From NCBI GenBank assembly GCA_029557835.1, contig JAKQHW010000060.1, positions 1 through 47,402 on the forward strand: a stretch of DNA of 47,402 bases. Reading direction: 5' to 3'. The notes beneath the pieces were generated by a model. The model did no database searches and was not told where the DNA came from. It saw only the letters and a list, made by a program, of their open reading frames with translations. This stretch comes from Candidatus Micrarchaeota archaeon. Lineage in GTDB: Archaea; Micrarchaeota; Micrarchaeia; Anstonellales; Bilamarchaeaceae. Position numbers and translations under genes: made by a program. Shown piece after piece: positions 19,152 through 28,593 of the stretch; position 1 is the stretch's first letter, and each line of letters opens with the position of its first letter.

Positions 19152-19608
19152 TGGTACCGCCCCGGTGTATCCTGGACTGGATGTATGAGAGCGCCTCCTC
19201 CAGATCCTTGGAAGGTATGTCGCCCATGCTTATCTCCATGCCCGAGCTCGCGAGGGTGTCCACCCTTATCTTCCCGACCATGAAAATCCTGTCGAATATG
19301 TTCCTCTCCACGTGCACGTTGTCCACCTTGCTGAAGGGTATGAAGCGCGTCTTCACGTTTATTATCCCGGTGCGGGAGGTGACGCCCTCCCCGGTGACTT
19401 CCAGGGTCTGGAGCCTGGAGCGCACGAACGCGGCGATTGCGGCGAGGAGCATGAGCCCCCATATCACGTAATATCCATAGGTGGGGATGGGGGCCGGGAG
19501 CGTGAAAAATCTGTTTATCTCCATCCATGCGTACGAGCCTAGGATTGCGAGCAGGAGCGCCTTCGCGTACATTATCCTTCCGGTGGTGGGTATCTTCCCG
19601 GGCATCAT
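19129..19608 (-). CDS. membrane protein with bacterial-type PH (YdbS/YdbT-like) domain
   Basis: Two N-terminal TM helices are followed by GIINVKTRFIPFSKVDNVHVERNIFDRIFMVGKIRVDT. Confidence 0.7.
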   Translation of the reverse strand: MMPGKIPTTGRIMYAKALLLAILGSYAWMEINRFFTLPAPIPTYGYYVIWGLMLLAAIAAFVRSRLQTLEVTGEGVTSRTGIINVKTRFIPFSKVDNVHVERNIFDRIFMVGKIRVDTLASSGMEISMGDIPSKDLEEALSYIQSRIHRGGTSEGRPAY

Positions 19609-19613
19609 GGGTA

Positions 19614-20042
19614 ATGGTTATTAAAACAAAGGATAAAAGGGCTTGCGGTGCGCGCGTGATTGCATATACGGACGGATGCTGCCTCGGGAACCCCGGCCCA
19701 ATGGGCGCGGGCGTTGTGCTCCTGGAAGACGGGAAGGTGCTGGCGGAGATAAGCAGGCACCTTGGGAAGGGGACCAACAACATAGCGGAGTATTCCGCGG
19801 TGCTGATTGCGGTCGAGGCGGCGAAGGGGCTGGGCGCGAAGGGGCTCACCGTGAGGAGCGACTCGAAATTGCTGGTGAGCCAGTTGAGGGGCGAGTTCAG
19901 GGTGAAGGCGCCGCACCTGCGGGAACTTATGGGGAAAATATGGAAGGCGGGCGATGGGATGGCCCTGCATTTCGAATGGGTGCCCCGGGAGAAGAACGAA
20001 AGGGCGGATGAATTGTCCAAGGAAGGCGCCGGCAGGAGGTGA
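19614..20042 (+). CDS. rnhA: ribonuclease HI
   Basis: YTDGCCLGNPGP, NNIAEYSAV, VRSDSKLL and ERADELSKEG supply the DEDD residues. I trimmed the start to ATG 19614, in frame with the track ORF at 19527. Confidence 0.85.
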   Translation: MVIKTKDKRACGARVIAYTDGCCLGNPGPMGAGVVLLEDGKVLAEISRHLGKGTNNIAEYSAVLIAVEAAKGLGAKGLTVRSDSKLLVSQLRGEFRVKAPHLRELMGKIWKAGDGMALHFEWVPREKNERADELSKEGAGRR

Positions 20043-20048
20043 CCCTCC

Positions 20049-21266
20049 CTAACGGAGCAGGGAAACCGCCTGCCTGAAATTGTTCGCCGCAAGCCGGAGA
20101 TTGCCAGCCTGCATGCACACAAACCCTTCCCTTATCGCCTCGATTATCGGCTGGAGATAGGGTTCGGAGGATTCCTCCAGCTCGTCCGCGATAAGGCCGG
20201 GGTCGTTCACGATGTACGGGCGGGTGGCGCGCTTGAGCATGCAGAGGAAATCCTTCTTGTTAAGCCTGGACGCCTGCCTGTAAATCCCGCGGAGGGACCT
20301 CTTTTCCGCGCCCTCCCCCATCCCCTCGCCGAGGCTCTTTATGCATTCTTTTGCGTATGCGCGCCAGTCCCCTCGCTCCAGGTCGACCAAATCCCTTATG
20401 ACTGCGAGCGGCCTTGCGAACGAGTTTCCGGAGAGCACCCTCCTGGCCTCCTCCCCCGCCTCCGGGCCCGTGAGCCAGTCCGCATGGTTTGCGAGCACTT
20501 TCTGCACGTGCCTGTCGCGCCTGATGCGCATGGAGCATTCCCTGAAATATTCGTATGAGATTATGCGCTCCCTCTGCCTGTCCCTCCAGCTCTCCCTGTT
20601 CCTTACGGCGGTGAGCGTGGCGCAGGCGTTGGAGATGAGGCGGGGGCGGTTGGAGGCCTCGGTTTCCGCCCTTTCGAGGAGTGCGTTCGCCTGGACGAGC
20701 TTCCTGTTCGCGAGGTCGCGGTATGCCGATGCGGCCGCGCCCATGGTGTATGACATCCATTCAAGCTCGTCCCGGGCTGCCCTTACCGACTCGGGGTCCG
20801 CCTCCTTGCTTATGAGGAAGGTGAGGCGCGAGTTTATCGACTCGAGCGTCCGTATGTTGCGGTCTATGACTTCCAATTCTTTTTTGTAGGTGGCCGGGAT
20901 GTGGGTGGAGAACACCCTCACCGCGCCGAATATGTCGTATGAGCCGACCTGTTGCTTCCTCGGGACCTTCTCGCCCTCCTGGAAATCCCTGCTTTCGCGG
21001 TTGAAGCTTATGCGGACGTCCTTCGGGTCCCTTCCGTCTATCTTGAATTTGTCTAGGACAAGGGTGCGGACGGGCTTGCCTTCCCTGTTCCTTCCGGTGA
21101 TTATTTCCCCGGGCCCGCATTTCCCGAAAAGCCTGCTCCGGGTTATCGGGAAGGCTGTCTTGCGGAACTGCCTCCTCCTGTCTTCCCGGGCCGAGCGCAT
21201 TTCCTGCTCCAACCGGGCCGGGCCCTGCGCGTTGCCCGCGCATGAGAATGAAAGCTGCCTGTCCAT
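20049..21266 (-). CDS. hypothetical protein (406 aa), divergent partner of a DNA methyltransferase
   Basis: The track ORF (to 21698) overlaps the methyltransferase gene. I trimmed it to ATG 21266 (MDRQLSFSCAG...), which lies about 27 nt from a tttaaaaa element. No motif recognised. Confidence 0.6.
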   Translation of the reverse strand: MDRQLSFSCAGNAQGPARLEQEMRSAREDRRRQFRKTAFPITRSRLFGKCGPGEIITGRNREGKPVRTLVLDKFKIDGRDPKDVRISFNRESRDFQEGEKVPRKQQVGSYDIFGAVRVFSTHIPATYKKELEVIDRNIRTLESINSRLTFLISKEADPESVRAARDELEWMSYTMGAAASAYRDLANRKLVQANALLERAETEASNRPRLISNACATLTAVRNRESWRDRQRERIISYEYFRECSMRIRRDRHVQKVLANHADWLTGPEAGEEARRVLSGNSFARPLAVIRDLVDLERGDWRAYAKECIKSLGEGMGEGAEKRSLRGIYRQASRLNKKDFLCMLKRATRPYIVNDPGLIADELEESSEPYLQPIIEAIREGFVCMQAGNLRLAANNFRQAVSLLR

Positions 21267-21308
21267 GATGTTTATTTGTGTGAAAATGTTTAAAAACGGA
21301 AAAGAGGA

Positions 21309-22448
21309 ATGGTGAACATGGAAATAGGGGACTGTTTCACTTTCGAGCCCGCGAAGGGCATTCCCGTGCACAACTGGTTCTACTACAAGGAGGCTTATTC
21401 CCCGCAACTGGTGGGATGGGCGCTGGAAGAGCTGGGGGTTGTGGGTGCGGAAACGGGAAACCAGGGACGGAAAGCTGTTTTCGACCCGTTCTGCGGGATA
21501 GGCACCACCATGCTCTATGCGAAGGAGCACGGGCTGCTCGGGATTGGGATTGATGTTTCGCCCCTTGCGCTGTTTGTCTCCAAAACCAAGTGCGCGGATT
21601 ATTCCGAAAAGGACGCGCAGGAGGCGGAAAAGGAACTGAAGGGTATTTTTTCGGAAAGGAGAGAGGCGGGCTGGGGATGGGAATTCGAGTTGTTCCATCC
21701 TTCACGGTTTTTCGGGAAGAGGAACTACAACGACATCTGCTTTTTGCGGGAGAGGGTTGAGGGGATCGGGAATGAGAAGGTGGGCGGATTGTTCCTGCTT
21801 GCGCTCCTCTCCATCCTGCCGCAGTGCGGATTCTTCATCAAGGACGGGGGCGTCCTGCGGGAGCAGAAGGGCAAGAGCGCCATGCCTGTGAAGGATGCTT
21901 TCAGGCGGAAGGTGAAGAGGATGCTCGCGGATTTGCGGGAAAGGAGGGCGGGCGGTGCGGAGCCGGAATTAAAGTTGGAAGATGCGCGGGAGTTTTCTGA
22001 TACGGAGGCGGATGCGTTCGTCACTTCCCCGCCCTACCTGAACAACATAGACTATTCCAAGGTATACGGGCTGGAATTGAGCCTGCTCACGATGCGGAAG
22101 GAGAGCACGAAGGAGATGAGGGATAGGGAGGTGCGTGGCTTCATCACTGGCGAATCTTTCGGTGGCGCGCCGCCCGAGGCCGCGGAATATTCTGGCATCC
22201 CAATTGCGGGGACCTATTTCGCGGACATGGAGCGGGTGCTGCGGAATTTGAAAAGGATTGCGCCTAAAGGGTGCATGGTCGTGGGGAACGCGGTGCTGGG
22301 CGGGAGGCACATCCCGGTTGATGAGATGCTTATTTCCATTGGGGAGCGGATTGGGTTTGAGGGAAGAATTGCGGCTGCCAAGGAGCGGGTTGCGGACGTG
22401 AGGCCCCAAAAACTGAGGGCGAGGGAGAGCGCAATCATATTCAGATGA
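21309..22448 (+). CDS. DNA methyltransferase (N6-adenine or N4-cytosine), SPPY type
   Basis: Motif I is FDPFCGIGTT and motif IV is FVTSPPYLNNIDY. GC content is host-like. ATG 21318 is an alternative start. Confidence 0.85.
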   Translation: MVNMEIGDCFTFEPAKGIPVHNWFYYKEAYSPQLVGWALEELGVVGAETGNQGRKAVFDPFCGIGTTMLYAKEHGLLGIGIDVSPLALFVSKTKCADYSEKDAQEAEKELKGIFSERREAGWGWEFELFHPSRFFGKRNYNDICFLRERVEGIGNEKVGGLFLLALLSILPQCGFFIKDGGVLREQKGKSAMPVKDAFRRKVKRMLADLRERRAGGAEPELKLEDAREFSDTEADAFVTSPPYLNNIDYSKVYGLELSLLTMRKESTKEMRDREVRGFITGESFGGAPPEAAEYSGIPIAGTYFADMERVLRNLKRIAPKGCMVVGNAVLGGRHIPVDEMLISIGERIGFEGRIAAAKERVADVRPQKLRARESAIIFR

Positions 22449-24063
22449 TTTCATTGAGTATGAGCTTCTTCGTCTCATCGCTCACCGAAGGGTTCCTGCA
22501 CAGGTCGCTCGCCATCCTCCTGGAGATGGCAGAGCCGTTCCTGGAGATGAAGATTTCGTCCGGGCAAGGCACAAGCAGGGATATTTTCCTTCCGTTCGGC
22601 CTACTCCCCTCGTATATATCCGCGTTGTAAGGCCCGCCCATCGCCGCGAATGCGACATCCGCGACGGTTGCTCCGGAGGATGCCTCTATGGGGCGGCGGT
22701 CCTTCCTTCCGGGCATGTAAACCGAATAGGTCCTGCAGCCGTTTCCGCCGTTGGTTTTATGCGGTGGCACCTCTATTGTGCCCCTCACGTCCCTTGCGGC
22801 GGCGCTAACCGGCCTCAGCATCTCGTTCATAGCGTTTACAAGGTTCATCTTATCCATGTCCTCGTGGCCCTTGTAGCCGAGCCGGCCGGACCTGCCGCAG
22901 CAGGAATCCAGGTAGCTTTCGGCGTCCATAAGCTGGATTTCGCAGGGGACCAGGACGCCGAGGAACGGCATGTATCCCGTTATGTGTATTGCGGTGTATC
23001 CGCTGGCTTTTGGATGGTTGACATAATCGTTCAGGTCGTTGGTGTGGAACCTGAATCCCTTGTCCTTCAGGACCCTTTCGTAAAGGAGCTGGCCTATCCC
23101 GAAAACCGTGCCCGGGTCGCATGGAAGAACCACCCGGGTGGCTATCATGTCCATTATATCGTCAAATTCCTTGCCACGGTCCTCCATCTTGAGGACTATG
23201 GATGCCGCGGACTTTACCCGCGGGTTATGGAAAACCGCCTGGCTTATTATGCCTTGGAACCCCTGGAGGGGCATGCCTTCGCGGCAGCCTATCGAGAACG
23301 CCTCGGTGACCATCTCGTTCAGGGAAGGCGCCGCATTAGAATAGATCTGGATGATTGGCTGCATCCTCAGCTTCATCTCCGCAAGCTTGTCCTGGAGCTC
23401 CGGGTCCCAGTTGAGGCTGCTTTCCCTCAGCATGTATGCGGCGCCCATCCAGCCGAACATCTCGGCCATGGGGAAGAACACTTTCCTCATCTTTGTGGAA
23501 AGCATCCTCTTGGTCGCTGGGGCGAGCTCCTCCCTGAACGGGGAGCCCTCGGCCCAATCCGCCTCATCAAGGCAGTAGTCCGCAATCTTCACTATCAGCG
23601 CGGGCAGGCTTGCGCCTCCGCCCAGGATCAGCTCCGCGTAATTGGGCAGGCGGGCGTATGGGTTGTAATCATACGCATTGGAGGAGAGGCTTGCGTACTG
23701 GTTGAAGCACTTCTCAAGCTGCGAGAGGAACTCCTCCGGGGTTACGCCGAGTTCCTGCCTGAAGTCCGGGGCACGGGCGATTTTCTTTTCCAGCAGGCCC
23801 ATTACCCGCTTCCGTTCATCAACGTCCCTTCCGCCTCCGCGCAGGTGGTGGATGTATGCGAGGGATACGGTGAGCGAGAATGCAAGGTTTAGCTCCGGCT
23901 CCGGCTTTACCCTCCTGGCTATCATTTCGAAGTATTTTGAGGAGATGTCGCTGACCTTCCGGCCGTGCGGCTCCCTCCTGCGCAGCGAGCGCCCGAGCGA
24001 ATCGCTGATTATGCCGCAGGAGCGCGGGTATGGGTTCGGATTTCCCACACATGTGTTGCTCAT
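22441..24063 (-). CDS. RelA/SpoT-homolog-like protein (degenerate HD region, synthetase-like domain, TGS-like domain)
   Basis: RVKSAASIVLKMEDRGKEFDDIMDMIATRVVL, HPKASGYTAIHITG and PCEIQLMD match RelA_SpoT synthetase motifs. LIVKIADYC...FFPMAEMFGW resembles the end of the HD domain. VYMPGRKDRRPIEASSGATVADVAFAAMG resembles TGS. Confidence 0.75.
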   Translation of the reverse strand: MSNTCVGNPNPYPRSCGIISDSLGRSLRRREPHGRKVSDISSKYFEMIARRVKPEPELNLAFSLTVSLAYIHHLRGGGRDVDERKRVMGLLEKKIARAPDFRQELGVTPEEFLSQLEKCFNQYASLSSNAYDYNPYARLPNYAELILGGGASLPALIVKIADYCLDEADWAEGSPFREELAPATKRMLSTKMRKVFFPMAEMFGWMGAAYMLRESSLNWDPELQDKLAEMKLRMQPIIQIYSNAAPSLNEMVTEAFSIGCREGMPLQGFQGIISQAVFHNPRVKSAASIVLKMEDRGKEFDDIMDMIATRVVLPCDPGTVFGIGQLLYERVLKDKGFRFHTNDLNDYVNHPKASGYTAIHITGYMPFLGVLVPCEIQLMDAESYLDSCCGRSGRLGYKGHEDMDKMNLVNAMNEMLRPVSAAARDVRGTIEVPPHKTNGGNGCRTYSVYMPGRKDRRPIEASSGATVADVAFAAMGGPYNADIYEGSRPNGRKISLLVPCPDEIFISRNGSAISRRMASDLCRNPSVSDETKKLILNEII

Positions 24064-24086
24064 AGTTAATTAATGTGTAAAGAATA

Positions 24087-24095
24087 TTTATATAA
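24087..24095. promoter_or_regulatory. shared TATA-like element for divergent genes
   Basis: tttatataa is centred at 24091, exactly 28 nt from both start codons (24063 minus strand, 24119 plus strand). Confidence 0.3.
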
Positions 24096-24118
24096 GTATT
24101 GGAGGGGCAGTATTTAGG

Positions 24119-25021
24119 GTGAAAACATACATTACAGGCGCCTCGGGGAGATTGGGGAGGCGCGTGCTGAAGCTGGTGGATGCGGTTCCGCTCGTCCGGG
24201 GGAGGAAGGGGCTTCCCGGGGAGGTTGTGACAGATTTCTCCGCAGGGAGCCTTCGGGAGGTCTTGGCGGATGCGGGCTGCATAATCCACCTTGCGGGCTC
24301 AATGCGGTTCTGGGATGCGAAGGGGATGAGGGAGGCGAACGTTGAGCTCACCAGAAGGATTGTTGAGAATTCCCCGGAAAAATGCAGAATTGTGCTTGCG
24401 AGTTCAATATCCGTGTATGGGAAAAAATTGAGGGAAATTCCTGCGGACGAGGCGACGCGCACCAACCCTGATTCCGCGTATGCGAAAAGCAAGATGGATG
24501 CGGAGGACATTGTGAGGGGCAGGGGGGGAAGGCATGCCATTCTTCGCCTGGGGACCATCTACGGGCCGGAGTTTGAGGACTATTCCAATATCCTGAGGAT
24601 GCTGGAGAAAGGGAAGATGCCCATAATCGGGAGCGGAAGGAACAGGGTCCCCTTTGTGCATGTGGAGGATGCGGCGAAGGCTGTTGCCGCCGCGGTGGAA
24701 ATGGGGCAGGGGGTGTATGTGGTCTGCGGGGAAAGCAGGCCGCAGGAGGAAATCTATTCAATTGCATGCAGGGAGCTGGGGGTGCGGCCCCCAAAAAAGC
24801 GCATCTCCCAGAGAATGGCGGGCCTTGTGGGGTGGATGCAGGAGATGTTGGCCCGGATGGGGGTGGGGCCGAAGCTCACGCGGGAGCACATCGGGATTCT
24901 GGGGATGGACCGCGCTTTCAAATGGGAAAGGGCGGAGAGGGATTTGGGCTTCTCCCCGCGCGGGGTTGAGGAAGGGATAAACGAGGTTGTGAAGGAATAC
25001 AAAAAAGGGAAGACGGGCTAG
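24119..25021 (+). CDS. NAD-dependent epimerase/dehydratase family protein
   Basis: N-terminal TGASGRLG Rossmann motif and a YAKSK catalytic pair. GTG start. Confidence 0.85.
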   Translation: MKTYITGASGRLGRRVLKLVDAVPLVRGRKGLPGEVVTDFSAGSLREVLADAGCIIHLAGSMRFWDAKGMREANVELTRRIVENSPEKCRIVLASSISVYGKKLREIPADEATRTNPDSAYAKSKMDAEDIVRGRGGRHAILRLGTIYGPEFEDYSNILRMLEKGKMPIIGSGRNRVPFVHVEDAAKAVAAAVEMGQGVYVVCGESRPQEEIYSIACRELGVRPPKKRISQRMAGLVGWMQEMLARMGVGPKLTREHIGILGMDRAFKWERAERDLGFSPRGVEEGINEVVKEYKKGKTG

Positions 25022-25587
25022 AAATCTGCTTTTACGCTCTTCTTTTCCTCCTCGGAAGCCATGAAGTATTCCCTGTCCTTCAGGCCCATCATCCTTGCGA
25101 AGATTGTGTCGGGTATGGAATGTATCCTCGTGTTGAAGAGGCGGACCGACTCGTTGTAGAACTCCCTCCTGTCCGCTATCTGGTTCTCTATCGCGGAAAG
25201 CTGGTGCTGGAGCTGCATGAAGTTCTCGGAGGCGCGGAGCTTGGGGTAGTTCTCGGCGACCGCGAAAAGGGATTTGAGCGCGGAGGATATGTGGTCGCTG
25301 GCCTTCGCCTTTTCCGCGGGGCCGTGTGCGGAGAGCATCTCCGCGCGCATCCTTGTCACTTCCGCGAGTACGCCCTTCTCGTGCTTCATGTAGCCCTTCA
25401 CCGTTTCCACGAGGTTGGGTACGAGGTCGGTCCTCTGCTTGAGCAGGACGTCTATGTTCGCCCAGGCGCGGTCCATGTTGTTCTTTAGAAGGATGAGCCC
25501 GTTGTAGATTGAGAAAATGTAGAATACAAACAGCGCCCCAATCAAAAGGGCGAGAAAGCCGAGGCAGATTATTGTTTCAACCACCAT
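25018..25587 (-). CDS. LemA family protein
   Basis: An N-terminal TM helix is followed by YNGLILLKNNMDRAWANIDVLLKQRTDLVPNLVETVKGYMKHE. I trimmed the start to ATG 25587. Confidence 0.85.
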   Translation of the reverse strand: MVVETIICLGFLALLIGALFVFYIFSIYNGLILLKNNMDRAWANIDVLLKQRTDLVPNLVETVKGYMKHEKGVLAEVTRMRAEMLSAHGPAEKAKASDHISSALKSLFAVAENYPKLRASENFMQLQHQLSAIENQIADRREFYNESVRLFNTRIHSIPDTIFARMMGLKDREYFMASEEEKKSVKADF

Positions 25588-26371
25588 TGAGGTCCCCGAA
25601 TAGCATTGCAAGCAGCATAAATAAACCTATCGCGGTGAGGCCCAGGCCTATCGCAAGCATCCCAATCGTGGACCATTTCAGCTTTTCCAGGGCCTTTTTC
25701 TCATGGGAGTCGCTTATGTACATGGGGATGCTCCCCGGTTTCCTCACCAAGAGGTTTTCGTGGGCGACGGGGCTGGATGCGCCCTCGAGCGGGACTGCGT
25801 TGCCGAACACGTACAGCGGGTCCCCTTCTGCTATGAAATATTCCGTTATCCTGAACTTGTGCCCTCCGTACATCTTGAACCTGTTCCCTATCTCAGGGTC
25901 GCGCTCGAAAAGGTCCAGCACCTTCCTGTCCAGCTGCTGCTGGGGGAGCAGGCCGAAGAAGCCCCTGTCGGATATGTGGCCCGTGAACTGGTAGTCCGGG
26001 GGTATGTCTATCTCAGCGCCCTTCGGGTCTATGAGCATCTTCCCGGTCTCGTCCTCCAGGTAGAATTGGTGCGAGGAGGATTTCCGGAAGATGGTCTTCC
26101 ACCCTCCGTTCTTCCCGGATTTGTAATATTCCCCGTGCAGCCTCCAGAAGGGGCATTTTGCAAGCGATACCGGGCTCTTCATGTCCTCCTTGCACATCGC
26201 CTTTCCGAAGAGCTCAACAAGCCCGGCTGCCGCGGAGCGGACTTTCGAGGTCGGGGTGTTCCCCATCTTCTGCATGAGGAGGAACCGCTGGGTTCCTCCG
26301 TAAACGAGGAAAAGCCCGAAGATGAGGCAGAAGGCGCCTATGCAGCAGCATTGCGGGATCGGGACTGCCAT
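25577..26371 (-). CDS. membrane protein, GIDE-like (common LemA partner)
   Basis: TM helices at both ends and a central beta-rich domain. It sits immediately upstream of, and overlaps, lemA. I trimmed the start to ATG 26371. Confidence 0.55.
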   Translation of the reverse strand: MAVPIPQCCCIGAFCLIFGLFLVYGGTQRFLLMQKMGNTPTSKVRSAAAGLVELFGKAMCKEDMKSPVSLAKCPFWRLHGEYYKSGKNGGWKTIFRKSSSHQFYLEDETGKMLIDPKGAEIDIPPDYQFTGHISDRGFFGLLPQQQLDRKVLDLFERDPEIGNRFKMYGGHKFRITEYFIAEGDPLYVFGNAVPLEGASSPVAHENLLVRKPGSIPMYISDSHEKKALEKLKWSTIGMLAIGLGLTAIGLFMLLAMLFGDLNGG

Positions 26372-26420
26372 GGGTTTGGGTATGCATGCAAAGTAAATAA
26401 AGGTTGCTAATGGAACTATT

Positions 26421-27194
26421 ATGGGGAATTTGATGGAAAGGAAGACAGAACAATACATACTTGACGGGCTGGAGCGCAAGGGCGCCCTGCTCTTCTCATT
26501 GGTGGACCCGCTGGACTATTCCTCCCTTGATGATGCGGCCAAGACCGCGAAGAACATGGGGGAAGGCGGGGCGGACGTGGTGCTCATAGGCGGGAGCATA
26601 GGTGTGCAGGGGGAGCTGCTGGACACGGTCACGAAAAGGGTGAAGGAGAATGTGAACGTGCCGGTGGTGCTCTTTCCCGGAAATATCGGGACCGTGACGA
26701 AATATGCGGACGCGGTCTATTTCATGAGCCTCCTGAATTCCAGGAACGCGTATTGGATATCCAGGGCGCAGATGCTCGCAGCGGAGATGGTGAGGCACTT
26801 CGGGGTGGAGCCACTGCCCGTGGGATACGTGGTGGTGGAGCCGGGGGGAACTGTAGGGTATGTGGGGGATGTGCAGGCCGTGCCCAGGGCGAAGCCGAAA
26901 ATAGCCGCGGCATATGCGCTTGCGGCGCAGTATATGGGGTTCAGGTTCCTTCTTACGGACGCGGGGAGCGCTCCCGCGGAGGGGCACATTCCGCTTGAGA
27001 TGGTGAAGGCAGTTTCTTCCGTGATTGAGATTCCGTACATAGTGGGCGGGGGGATAAGGACCCCTGCGGAAGCCAAGAACGTGGTGAAGGCGGGCGCGGA
27101 CATAGTGCAGGTAGGGACCGCTTTCGAGAGGAAGGGCGGGGTTGAGGCGGCCAAGGAGTTTGTGAAGGCGGTGCGGGAAGGGGCTAAGAGGTAA
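26421..27194 (+). CDS. geranylgeranylglyceryl phosphate synthase (PcrB/GGGPS family)
   Basis: LFSLVDP, GGADVVLIGGS, LLTDAGS and YIVGGGIRTPEAK-like motifs are present. Confidence 0.85.
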   Translation: MGNLMERKTEQYILDGLERKGALLFSLVDPLDYSSLDDAAKTAKNMGEGGADVVLIGGSIGVQGELLDTVTKRVKENVNVPVVLFPGNIGTVTKYADAVYFMSLLNSRNAYWISRAQMLAAEMVRHFGVEPLPVGYVVVEPGGTVGYVGDVQAVPRAKPKIAAAYALAAQYMGFRFLLTDAGSAPAEGHIPLEMVKAVSSVIEIPYIVGGGIRTPAEAKNVVKAGADIVQVGTAFERKGGVEAAKEFVKAVREGAKR

Positions 27195-27197
27195 AGA

Positions 27198-27842
27198 ATG
27201 GCTAAAAAAAGCATAGGAAAATTCCTGGTGAAGGCGGGCGCATTGAAGTTCGGGGAATTCACCTTGAAAAGCGGGAGGAAGAGCCCCTATTTCGTTAATA
27301 CGGGGATAATTTGCGAAGGGAAGGAATTCCTGGAACTGTGCGAATTCATCGCCGGAAAAATAGAGGGGATGGGCGGATGCGACGTGGTCTACGGGCCGGC
27401 GTACAAGGGAATTCCGCTGGCCGTGGGCGTGGCGATTGCGCTTTCCAAAAAAGGGAAGAGGGTTTACTGGCTGTTCAACAGAAAAGAGGAGAAGGCGCAC
27501 GGGGACAGGGGCGTGTTCGTGGGGCATTTGCCCGCTCCGGGCGAGAGGGTTGTGCTTGTTGACGACGTGTTCACCACCGGGGGGACGAAATACGAGAATG
27601 TGGATTTGCTGAAAGGGATTGGGGTGAAGCTGAAGGCCGTGGTCGTGGCGGTGGACCGGGAAGAGGAAGGGGATACATCTGGCTCGGCCGTTAGGGAATT
27701 CTCCGGGAAGACCGGGGTGCCTGTGGAATCGGTTGCGACTATTTCCGAAATATTCGAGGAATTGCGCGGGAAGGACGTAAGCGAAGAGGTTTATGCGCGT
27801 TTCTTGAAGTACAGGGATGAGTATGGCGCTAAGGAAGATTGA
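27198..27842 (+). CDS. pyrE: orotate phosphoribosyltransferase
   Basis: KFGEFTLKSGRKSPYFVN and the PRPP loop VVLVDDVFTTGGT are present. Confidence 0.9.
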   Translation: MAKKSIGKFLVKAGALKFGEFTLKSGRKSPYFVNTGIICEGKEFLELCEFIAGKIEGMGGCDVVYGPAYKGIPLAVGVAIALSKKGKRVYWLFNRKEEKAHGDRGVFVGHLPAPGERVVLVDDVFTTGGTKYENVDLLKGIGVKLKAVVVAVDREEEGDTSGSAVREFSGKTGVPVESVATISEIFEELRGKDVSEEVYARFLKYRDEYGAKED

Positions 27843-28593
27843 GAAGTTCGCCGTGGAAAGCGGGAGCATACTCTGCTTCGGGATGGACCCGAAGGAGGGG
27901 ATGGATGTGGTCGGGCATTATTCCTCCATCGCGGACACTTTGCTTGAGGAGCATCTTATTTCCGCGATAAAGCCGAACTATGCGTACTTTGCGGCGCTTG
28001 GGTTCGACGGGCTGCATGCGCTCAAGCAAATAATCGACAGGTACAGGGAGAAGACCTTCGTTATACTGGACGCGAAGCGCGGGGACATAGGGAAAAGCAG
28101 CGAGGCGTACGCGCGCGAGGCGTATGGGTTCTGGGGGGCGGACGCGGTCACGGTCGCGCCTTACATGGGGGAGGATTCGATTGCGCCTTTCATAAAAGAG
28201 GGGAAAATAGCATATGTGCTGGGGAGGACCAGCAATCCCGGGGCCAGGGATTTCGAGGAGCTGAAATGCGGGAAGCGGAGGGTTTACGAGGAGGTCTGCG
28301 CGAAGGCCGCGAAGATGGGCGCGGGGCTTGTCGTGGGCGCGACCAGCAGGGATGCGCTGGGGAAAATCGTGAAGCTGGTGGGTAAGGACGTTCCGCTGCT
28401 CATTCCGGGGATAGGGGCGCAGGGCGGGGACTTCGAAGTGCTGAAGGTGCTGAAGGGAAATCCTTTCATACACAGGGTGAACTCCTCCTCCTCCATTGCG
28501 TTCGCATATGGGAAGAAAGGGGGGAGCCCGGAGCAGGCGGCAAGGAAGGAAGCGGAAAGGCTGAATGCGGAAATAGGAAGGAGAATTTTCTAG
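27817..28593 (+). CDS. pyrF: orotidine 5'-phosphate decarboxylase
   Basis: ILDAKRGDIGKSS and PGIGAQGG motifs. It overlaps the pyrE 3' end. Confidence 0.85.
   Translation: MSMALRKIEKFAVESGSILCFGMDPKEGMDVVGHYSSIADTLLEEHLISAIKPNYAYFAALGFDGLHALKQIIDRYREKTFVILDAKRGDIGKSSEAYAREAYGFWGADAVTVAPYMGEDSIAPFIKEGKIAYVLGRTSNPGARDFEELKCGKRRVYEEVCAKAAKMGAGLVVGATSRDALGKIVKLVGKDVPLLIPGIGAQGGDFEVLKVLKGNPFIHRVNSSSSIAFAYGKKGGSPEQAARKEAERLNAEIGRRIF

Noticed and set aside
21267-21698. N-terminal 144-residue extension of the 549-aa minus-strand ORF
   Set aside because: It overlaps the well-supported methyltransferase gene on the opposite strand, and its composition is typical of a shadow frame. The internal ATG 21266 sits at promoter distance from an AT-rich element.
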